A DNA stretch of 64,000 nt, taken from TPA_inf: Saccharomyces (Eukaryota). The translations under genes and the position numbers were made by a program. Of the stretch, positions 57,167-64,000 are shown piece after piece. Location: NCBI GenBank assembly GCA_000146045.2, contig BK006941.2, forward strand, positions 96,001 through 160,000, in the 5' to 3' direction. The notes below the pieces were generated by a model that worked only from the letters and a program-made list of their open reading frames with translations, made no database searches and had not been told where the DNA came from. How positions within the stretch are numbered: position 1 is the stretch's first letter; each line of letters begins with the position of its first letter.

Positions 57167-58306
57167 TCAAACTACACGGGAGAAATGCTCATCGCTTGCG
57201 GCTTCCCCAGACACTACCCGTAAGATTCTTGTCAATGCCAGTTCACAACTTTGCTCAAAAACATCCTTTGTCGCACTACCCAAATGCGGAGTAATTGAAG
57301 TAAGTCTATCAGAAGATCTGATTTTTTCATCTATTTCTGGTTCTTTATTAAAGACGTCTAAACCGAGATGGTTGATTCGTCCCGTTACCAAGGCGTCAGA
57401 AACAGCCCGCAAGTCCAAAATTTTACCTCTTCCCAAGTTGACTAAAATTAGGCCTGGATTGCAGTGTTCCAAAAATTTCCTGTTGATTAAATGTTCTGTT
57501 TGTGGAGTTCCCGGCAATGTGACCACGATTGCATGAAACTGGTATAGTTTTGCATATATTGTTTCATCTAGCAAATGAAATTTCCAGCTTTCGTTTTGAC
57601 TCATTGTGCAATCTTCGCTTCTTTTGCAATAATGTATTTCCATTCCTAGCCCGTATTGCAACTTGTAGGCTACTTGCTTTCCAATACTTCCTAAACCAAG
57701 AATTAAGCATTTCTTTCCTCTTGGTGATTCAGCAAACATATTCCCCAGTTCATGGCCAAAAGCAAATCCGCTCTTTTCTGCAGCTTTCGCCCTTGCAGTT
57801 AATGTATTTCCAGTTTCTCTACTAAGTTTTTGGTAATAGGAGAACTTTCTAAAGCCCTCCAGAATGTGCCACAAGGCACAATCTGCCACATCATTACCGA
57901 CTTGATGAAGCTTTAAATCGTCTATCAATTTTTCATTTTCATCGTCTTGGTAGTTGTATAATCGAATTTCATGCTTGCGTAATGTATCCAGATCCCATCC
58001 GTCGTAACCTCTTGAGCAAAGCACGATACATTTTAAATTTTTCCTTGGAAATGACTTGTGTTCGATGATACTTCGAGTCATCCCACCGATTTTTTTGAAT
58101 GCCGGAAACCCAGCATAAATGGCACATATTTTGTCTTGTTCATGCCTTTCTAAAAAGTTAAGAAATGCTTCTTTGGTGTCCAGCTGATAGCGCAAGATCC
58201 TGAACTTCTCTTTGAATGCCTTGGAATTAAGTGTGGCTGATGTTTCGCACGGATCTGCGATGAAAAGAATAGTAGGCTTTCCAGTCGTTGCAGGAGAATC
58301 GCACAT
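57167..58306 (-). CDS. YGL185C: D-isomer-specific 2-hydroxyacid dehydrogenase family protein (NAD-binding Rossmann), 379 aa
   Basis: MCDSPATTGKPTILFIADPCETSA…; NAD(P)-binding GxGxxG (LGLGSIGKQVA), catalytic region …RGK…, and C-terminal GEAASDEHFSRVV. Length 379 aa. Confidence 0.85.
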   Translation of the reverse strand: MCDSPATTGKPTILFIADPCETSATLNSKAFKEKFRILRYQLDTKEAFLNFLERHEQDKICAIYAGFPAFKKIGGMTRSIIEHKSFPRKNLKCIVLCSRGYDGWDLDTLRKHEIRLYNYQDDENEKLIDDLKLHQVGNDVADCALWHILEGFRKFSYYQKLSRETGNTLTARAKAAEKSGFAFGHELGNMFAESPRGKKCLILGLGSIGKQVAYKLQYGLGMEIHYCKRSEDCTMSQNESWKFHLLDETIYAKLYQFHAIVVTLPGTPQTEHLINRKFLEHCNPGLILVNLGRGKILDLRAVSDALVTGRINHLGLDVFNKEPEIDEKIRSSDRLTSITPHLGSATKDVFEQSCELALTRILRVVSGEAASDEHFSRVV

Positions 58307-58578
58307 TTTTTGTATGCTCTTTTCCTTCTAAATCTGCTGTCAACCCATTGTCGAGTGAAGTTATAAAAGCACAGCTATTTCTATATTCCTTTTACGACCG
58401 CCATTACACACGTTCATTGAGGCAAACTTTCCTCCTTCGCGCGTGCGTTTCCCAAGGGTAGTAGTAAGAGCTTACGGAACAGCCCGAAAGGCTGTAAAAG
58501 TTTAATATACTTACTGTTCTTGAAATTCTGTCTATATACTTGACTATTTAAAGTTACTATCTTTGGATTTGAACCTTA

Positions 58579-58595
58579 TAAAAAAAAAAAAAAAA
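58579..58595. repeat. poly(dA:dT) tract A17 in the YGL185C promoter / STR3 3' region
   Basis: cttataaaaaaaaaaaaaaaaaggtac between the STR3 stop (58615) and the YGL185C ATG (58306). Confidence 0.9.
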
Positions 58596-58614
58596 GGTAC
58601 ATGCATATTTTCCC

Positions 58615-60012
58615 TTACAATTTCGAACTCTTAATATTCAATTCTGAGTCCTTTCTGATGAGATCTTGATTGTAAAATTCTTCGTAAATACTTAAAGGCT
58701 TATGCAGGTCATCGATGGTAGTGTTCACAGCTAGGTTCTTATTCAATTTGTTGAAAAGATATTTGCCATTTTCTCTTACTTCTATAATATCAGCGTCAAC
58801 CATCGCCGCTAATAAATCTTTCTTCAAATCTACTATATTTTCGATACCGCAGCAAAGACGAACCAAATCTTCAGGAAAATCTCTCTCTTTCCTTAATTCG
58901 GGATCAATGGAAGCATGGGACATTTTGCAAGGCATAGATAGAAGCGAATTTACACACCCGAAAGATACCGTCACAGCCCATATACTCAGTTTTTTGGAAC
59001 TGACCAGTCTCTTTGAATGTTCGAAGGACCCCGTTTCGAAGGATAACACGGCACCTGGGCCATTATTGAACGATTTATGCAGCTTGAAATCCGGGTTGGA
59101 GCGTAATCCAACAAATCTAGTTTTCGTAGCCTTGTTTGTTCTGGTAGGTTTGAATCCGCATGAATTTTCTAGCCAATGAGCCAATATCATAGCATTTCTC
59201 TGCTGTTGATATAATCTAACTCCTAGAGTTTTTAGGCCCCTCACAAGTAGCCAAGAATCCATTGGGGATAATCCAGCTCCTGTAGAATTAATGACAAAGT
59301 AAAGCTTCGAGGCTATTTCTGGTGTTTTGCTGATAATAACACCCCCCATCAAATCGTGATGACCATTCAAGTACTTGGTAGCAGATTCGTATACGACATC
59401 GCAGCCTGGATTCAGTTGAAGAGGATTACAATTGAGTCCACTCATCATAGTATTATCAACGACAACTGTAGTGTCGGGAGATATGCATTTCACAAAACGT
59501 AATATTCTAGGGATATCTACAACCTTGCAAAGCGGATTGGTCGGAGACTCTAGAAGAACACAATCAACTTTATCTAAAGACTGGAAAACGGTTTTGAACT
59601 TTTCAAAATCGGAAGTGTCCACATGAACAGAGACTGCATGACTCTGTTGCTTGAAAAAATTCAGCAGCCTTTGGGTGCCTCCATAAAGATCATCGCCGGC
59701 TATTATTGTTGGCGTATGGTTGTCAGTGCCGTTAAGTAAGACGAGCCCACGCAGGATGACGTCTAGCGCCGTCATACCACTGCTCACAGCTAATACGTTT
59801 TCCTGTGGGACACGATAAAGCTTACCAATCTGGTGTTGAAGGACACTTCTGGTCGGGTTTCCCGATCTGGAATAATCGTAGTTCTGTGCATCTTCATTAT
59901 TCAAGTCCACTTTGAAGGTAGTCGACAAATACACCGGTGGCACGGAGGCTGAATGTTGGTCATTTTGAGAGCCGGTATTTACCACAACTGTATCTAATCT
60001 CTTGATCGGCAT
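58615..60012 (-). CDS. STR3: cystathionine beta-lyase (PLP-dependent, Cys/Met metabolism family), 465 aa
   Basis: MPIKRLDTVVVNTGSQNDQHSASVPPVYLSTTFKV…; Cys/Met-metabolism PLP-dependent fold with the PLP-lysine region (SATKYLNGHHDLMGG). Length 465 aa. Confidence 0.92.
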   Translation of the reverse strand: MPIKRLDTVVVNTGSQNDQHSASVPPVYLSTTFKVDLNNEDAQNYDYSRSGNPTRSVLQHQIGKLYRVPQENVLAVSSGMTALDVILRGLVLLNGTDNHTPTIIAGDDLYGGTQRLLNFFKQQSHAVSVHVDTSDFEKFKTVFQSLDKVDCVLLESPTNPLCKVVDIPRILRFVKCISPDTTVVVDNTMMSGLNCNPLQLNPGCDVVYESATKYLNGHHDLMGGVIISKTPEIASKLYFVINSTGAGLSPMDSWLLVRGLKTLGVRLYQQQRNAMILAHWLENSCGFKPTRTNKATKTRFVGLRSNPDFKLHKSFNNGPGAVLSFETGSFEHSKRLVSSKKLSIWAVTVSFGCVNSLLSMPCKMSHASIDPELRKERDFPEDLVRLCCGIENIVDLKKDLLAAMVDADIIEVRENGKYLFNKLNKNLAVNTTIDDLHKPLSIYEEFYNQDLIRKDSELNIKSSKL

Positions 60013-60105
60013 CTTTTTGCTTCTATGCTTTTGTTGTTTGCTTGATATTTTTTGTTTTTAATGAACTGTAAGCACACAGAGCTATGGGATGTGTGGCAAT
60101 GACTG

Positions 60106-60109
60106 TATA

Positions 60110-60148
<39 letters not shown>

Positions 60149-60163
60149 TTATTTATTTATTTA
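60106..60163. repeat. compound microsatellite (TA)n-(TTTA)5 about 100-150 bp upstream of the STR3 ATG
   Basis: tatatatatgtatatatatatatatatatatatatatat then ttatttatttatttatttaaaat. A pure (AT) run spans about 60115-60144. It produces the artefactual track ORF 'YIYIYIYIY' at 60089-60271. Confidence 0.9.
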
Positions 60164-60542
60164 AAATATAGCTACGTATGCGCCAGTTGTTTTTATCAGC
60201 TTTGCTTCTGGCCACATTTCAACCAGGTCTCAGAGGATATATGGCCAGAAGGCCCCTTTACACACTTTTGAGATGCGATGAGTCTTCCAAGGTAGGAGCA
60301 TATGCCTCCAACAGACTTCGGCCCGAAGCATGCTGTGCTCACGGGAATTATATTGTGTGAAGCACATGCCACACTTTCCAAAAAAGAGTCAGAATGAGTC
60401 AGCCGGATAACCAAACGCGGACTGTGGCGCCACGGAAAACAGTGTGGCAAATTTATGGGCGGCTAATCTGCAAGCTCTATGCCTGGAAATGTAGATGTAA
60501 TAATCAAGACACTTTTGTTCTTTCGTGTATAGTGCATGAAGG

Positions 60543-61285
60543 TTAAACCTCCGTAAATTCCTTGAACTCTTCTGGAATTCCAAATTCTTTTCTTATCTGT
60601 TCTGGCTTCAAAAAGAATTTCTTGTATAAATAATCAATGAGAATCTCAATGTTATCAGTAGTTTTCTCCAGATGCACTTTTTTTAGGCGGATCTGTTGTT
60701 TATTCTCTTGTATTTTTGCTGCATCCCATCTAATGCTTTCTATTTTTTGGAGACTATTACTCTTTTTCTTAATTTCATCCTGAATTTTTTTTCTCTTTTC
60801 CAGTAGAGCCTCCCTATTGTATGATTTTTGGCCTACCGTAAATTTTTTACGCCTTCCAGTTGCTAGCGTTTTGTCTAGTTCTTGTTTATAAGTGGCAATA
60901 TCACACTTTACTTCCTGTATCTTTTTTTTTATCAACTCGCTTGAATCATACAATTTTTGCAGTGTCTGATTTTTAAAGCACCAGTAGATGTTAATATTAC
61001 CACATTTTTCCACCGAAATGACGCCGTCTTCATCAATCATTTGTTGCACTAAATCTTTAACGATCATGGGTGAGATTCCGCATTTTTTAGGTATGCTTTT
61101 CTCTAATTCCTTGATGTTGTAGAATGTGTACGTCTCTTGAAAAAAGTTCAGAATCCGGTTCTTTTTCTCTTGGAGTGATACTGTCTGTCTCTTTGGCCCC
61201 TAATAATAAGAAGAGGGTAGCACGCACCCGTCTATAAGTTAGTGTTCAGTCCTGTGTACCATGATGGTTTTATTAGACATACCAT
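60543..61285 (-). CDS. MND1: meiotic recombination protein Mnd1, 219 aa; spliced as join(61285..61283, 61199..60543) with exon 1 consisting of the ATG only
   Basis: Exon 2 reads GPKRQTVSLQEKKNRILNFFQETYTFYNIKELEKSIPKKCGISPMIVKDLVQQ… in frame with track ORF 60543-61067. Upstream on the minus strand the sequence reads CAACA ATG|GTATGT…ACTAAC…TTATTATTAG|GGGCC, i.e. ATG immediately followed by a canonical 5' splice site, a branchpoint-like CACTAAC and a 3' YAG. 1+218 codons gives 219 aa. Confidence 0.85.
61200..61282 (-). other. MND1: spliceosomal intron of MND1 (83 nt): GTATGT 5'SS, CACTAAC branchpoint, TAG 3'SS
   Basis: Minus strand: GTATGTCTAATAAAACCATCATGGTACACAGGACTGAACACTAACTTATAGACGGGTGCGTGCTACCCTCTTCTTATTATTAG. 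Confidence 0.8.
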
Positions 61286-61905
61286 TGTTGAATGTTTATG
61301 ATACTACACATAAAGTTTCCGCCGTTTAGTCTATATCGCAAAGAATAACGGTGGGACGGGAGATCGCCTTTTATATGCAATTTCGTGATCTGGGCGGTTA
61401 TTTTACTTTTTTTCGACGCATAAAAAAGCAGGAAAGATGGTAAATTCGGTTCGTTATTCAAGATTTTTAGAGCCAGAAAGATATTTGAGCGTGCCTTCGT
61501 GAGAAGAGGCTTAGGTTGAGACGATGATGCTGAAATTATGGCAAGACACGAATTCTTCTTCAAGTTTCCCTTGTCATAATAAGAAGAGAAAAACATACCT
61601 TTATGTCGGTTGCAATTAAGAAGGTTGTATAGAGCATCTCAAATGCTGCTTTTACTTTATTAAACGTTGACCAAATAATACGGCGCTTTTGTTTCGACAA
61701 CGACACACTATGATGCAAAGCGGATCCGGGTAATCGATAAATGGGGGCACCCGGAAATTATTGTAAGTTGAAGAAAGTTAGTGTTGATCTCTAAATGCTT
61801 CACAAAAGGGTGGAAGAAGAACATTTTCTCTTGATCAATCATTAATATAGATGGAGGCAGCGTTCTGTCAATCACAGATTATAGTTTATTTATACTTAGT
61901 CAAAA

Positions 61906-63096
61906 ATGAGGTTTAGGAGTTCTTCCCATAGCTTAAAACATGTTGACAGAGAATTAAAGGAGTTGATTAATTCGTCCGAGAATGCCAATAAATGCGGTGA
62001 ATGTGGTAATTTCTACCCAACTTGGTGCTCAGTTAATTTGGGGGTTTTCCTTTGTGGTAGGTGTGCCTCTGTTCATAGAAAAGTTTTCGGTAGCAGAGAC
62101 GACGATGCCTTTTCTAACGTTAAATCACTATCAATGGATAGATGGACAAGAGAGGATATCGATGAATTAGTGAGTCTTGGAGGCAATAAGGGGAATGCTC
62201 GGTTCTGGAATCCTAAAAATGTCCCTTTTCCTTTTGATGGAGATGATGACAAAGCCATCGTGGAGCATTACATTAGAGACAAGTATATTTTGGGTAAATT
62301 CAGGTATGATGAAATAAAGCCTGAAGACTTTGGATCCAGAATGGATGATTTTGATGGGGAATCGGACAGGTTTGATGAAAGAAATAGAAGTAGGAGCAGG
62401 AGCAGATCTCATTCTTTCTATAAAGGGGGCCATAATAGGTCTGACTACGGCGGTTCCAGGGACTCATTCCAAAGCAGTGGAAGCAGATATTCTAGGCAAC
62501 TGGCAGAACTCAAGGACATGGGTTTCGGTGATACAAACAAAAATTTAGATGCATTATCGTCCGCTCACGGAAATATCAATAGAGCAATCGATTATCTAGA
62601 AAAAAGTTCAAGTTCAAGAAATAGTGTATCGGCAGCAGCGACAACATCAACTCCGCCCCTGCCCAGGAGACGTGCGACAACAAGTGGCCCACAGCCAGCT
62701 ATTTTTGATGGTACAAATGTAATCACGCCAGATTTTACTTCAAATTCAGCATCTTTTGTACAAGCAAAGCCAGCAGTTTTCGATGGTACCCTTCAACAGT
62801 ATTACGATCCTGCTACCGGAATGATATATGTAGATCAGCAGCAATACGCCATGGCTATGCAACAGCAGCAACAGCAACAGCAACAGCTTGCTGTCGCACA
62901 GGCTCAGGCTCAGGCACAGGCACAGGCACAGGCTCAAGTTCAGGCTCAGGCTCAGGCTCAGGCCCAGGCTCAGGCTCAAGCACAGCAGATCCAGATGCAA
63001 CAGCTTCAGATGCAGCAACAGCAACAGGCGCCATTATCTTTTCAGCAAATGTCGCAAGGAGGAAACCTGCCACAAGGTTATTTCTACACACAATAA
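61906..63096 (+). CDS. GTS1: ArfGAP-domain protein with UBA-like region and Gln / Ala-Gln-rich C-terminus, 396 aa
   Basis: MRFRSSSHSLKHVDRELKELINSSENANKCGECGNFYPTWCSVNLGVFLCGRCASVHRKV… (ArfGAP C4 zinc finger); C-terminal QQQQQQQQLAVAQAQAQAQAQAQAQVQAQAQAQAQAQAQAQQIQMQQLQMQQQQQ. Confidence 0.93.
   Translation: MRFRSSSHSLKHVDRELKELINSSENANKCGECGNFYPTWCSVNLGVFLCGRCASVHRKVFGSRDDDAFSNVKSLSMDRWTREDIDELVSLGGNKGNARFWNPKNVPFPFDGDDDKAIVEHYIRDKYILGKFRYDEIKPEDFGSRMDDFDGESDRFDERNRSRSRSRSHSFYKGGHNRSDYGGSRDSFQSSGSRYSRQLAELKDMGFGDTNKNLDALSSAHGNINRAIDYLEKSSSSRNSVSAAATTSTPPLPRRRATTSGPQPAIFDGTNVITPDFTSNSASFVQAKPAVFDGTLQQYYDPATGMIYVDQQQYAMAMQQQQQQQQQLAVAQAQAQAQAQAQAQVQAQAQAQAQAQAQAQQIQMQQLQMQQQQQAPLSFQQMSQGGNLPQGYFYTQ
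62860..63027 (+). repeat. GTS1: coding CAG/CAA run followed by (GCN-CAG)n hexanucleotide repeat ((Ala-Gln)~19) and a second Q-run in GTS1
   Basis: cagcagcaacagcaacagcaacag…gcacaggctcaggctcaggcacaggcacaggcacaggctcaagttcaggctcaggctcaggctcaggcccaggctcaggctcaagcacag…cagcaacagcaacag. Antisense and off-frame readings explain the Leu/Ser-rich and Pro/Glu-rich track ORFs at 62746-63139. Confidence 0.9.
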
Positions 63097-64000
63097 AAAT
63101 AAGATACATTGCCGCTGCTCCGCATTACATATCATATAGAGTGACACTAAGTAATTAAATGACACTAAGTAACGAAAGATATCTGTAAACAACGACTATA
63201 TACCAGAATTAGTCATATTCTCTATTGTATTCACCCTACACAGCCGCATTACACAGCTGCTCCGGACGTTTTACGCTGCACATCAATGACTAATACCACT
63301 GTATTTGATCCACACTTAGCGCAAAAGTCACCTGGGTGGCGTTTTCCGCTCGCGCTCCGCCGGTGAGAGCGAGAAAAAAAAAAGGGATTGGGCGGTAATG
63401 TAAGGAAAACCCACTAGTTAAAATCAATGAGATAAGGAACTCTCTTTTTTTCCCGTTAATCATCTTTTCCTTGTTCGTTTCGTGTATCTGTAATGAATCT
63501 TATCGGAGTAACTATTACTGGAAAGCCATACCGTTAAAGAAGCAAGCATATCATTCGTATTCAAGCATCTGTTTTTCTTTTTAACCGCTCGGCTCTGATT
63601 TCTTAAACCATTTCCCCCATCAGCATCAGTTTGTGATTTGTAACTATATCGATCGTGGAATCGATGGAATTCTAAGCGTCATTTAGTTGGCAACAAAAGG
63701 AATCGAGCATCTCATAAAGGAGCTTATATTATTAATATCTTCCTGATCGTACTATTTTTTTTTAGCTTTTTATTTTTTAGGCCGAGGTTAATTCTAGAAC
63801 GCCACATTTCATCACCTTTAAGTTAAGTACCAAGGCCATCTTTTACCCTTTTTAGTTTCTGGGGAAACAGAGAACAGTACTATAGAAGATAAAAAGATAT
63901 AATACAATCGTAGTAATAGTACCCATAATAAAATAACATATAATATAATAAAAACATAAGGCAAAGGAGATAGGAGAATAATCATTGATATCTCCACAAA

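Noticed and set aside
60089-60271. ORF 'MCGNDCIYMYIYIYIYIYIYLFIYLK…'
   Set aside because: It is generated by the (TA)n/(TTTA)n microsatellite and is not a gene.
61316-61325. URS1-like CCGCCG core (reverse complement AACGGCGGAAA) 33 bp upstream of the MND1 ATG
   Set aside because: Only a partial match to TCGGCGGCTA, and it is unusually close to the start codon. Not reportable as a Ume6 site on sequence alone.
61273-61596. 107-aa minus-strand ORF overlapping the MND1 ATG/intron region
   Set aside because: It overlaps the MND1 exon 1/intron and the MND1-GTS1 promoter and has no motifs. Dubious.
62746-63139. Leu/Ser-repeat, Pro/Glu-repeat and Arg/Leu-repeat ORFs around the GTS1 3' end
   Set aside because: Off-frame and antisense translations of the GCNCAG hexamer repeat; they are not independent genes.
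63330-63380. GC-rich imperfect inverted repeat CCGCTCGCGCTCCGCCGGTGAGAGCGAG followed by A10 downstream of GTS1
   Set aside because: The arms do not pair perfectly (CTCGCGCTC vs GAGAGCGAG). It probably lies in the downstream gene's promoter. No specific factor consensus recognised.

Overview
This window reads as a contiguous stretch of the Saccharomyces cerevisiae nuclear genome, from the left arm of chromosome VII (gene order YGL209W to YGL181W). The gene order I recognise is MIG2 (3' part), SIP2, SPT16, CHC1, POX1, tRNA-His, KEX1, tRNA-Lys(UUU), ARO8, MCM6, tRNA-Lys(CUU), EMP24, YIP4, MDS3, DSD1, GCN1, HOS2, YGL193C, IME4, COX13, CDC55, RPS26A, COX4, TPN1, YGL185C, STR3, MND1 (intron-containing) and GTS1. 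All assignments come from reading the six-frame translations and raw sequence against remembered yeast protein and tRNA sequences; no database search was possible. The main accessory content is at the three tRNA genes: a solo Ty1 delta LTR split by a nested Ty4 tau LTR with a 5-bp target-site duplication beside tRNA-His, a second delta-like solo LTR upstream of the intron-bearing tRNA-Lys(UUU), and a decayed delta remnant upstream of tRNA-Lys(CUU). Regulatory sites visible by eye include the POX1 oleate-response element, an Mcm1/ECB palindrome at MCM6, the a1-alpha2 operator at the 3' end of IME4, Rap1-like sites upstream of RPS26A and a CCAAT box upstream of COX13. I found no prokaryote-style system, CRISPR array or novel gene cluster. 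The least-explained stretch is a repeat and palindrome cluster between RPS26A and COX4. Note that the supplied ORF track accepts GTG starts (e.g. SPT16, GCN1) and upstream in-frame Met extensions; I report canonical ATG starts.
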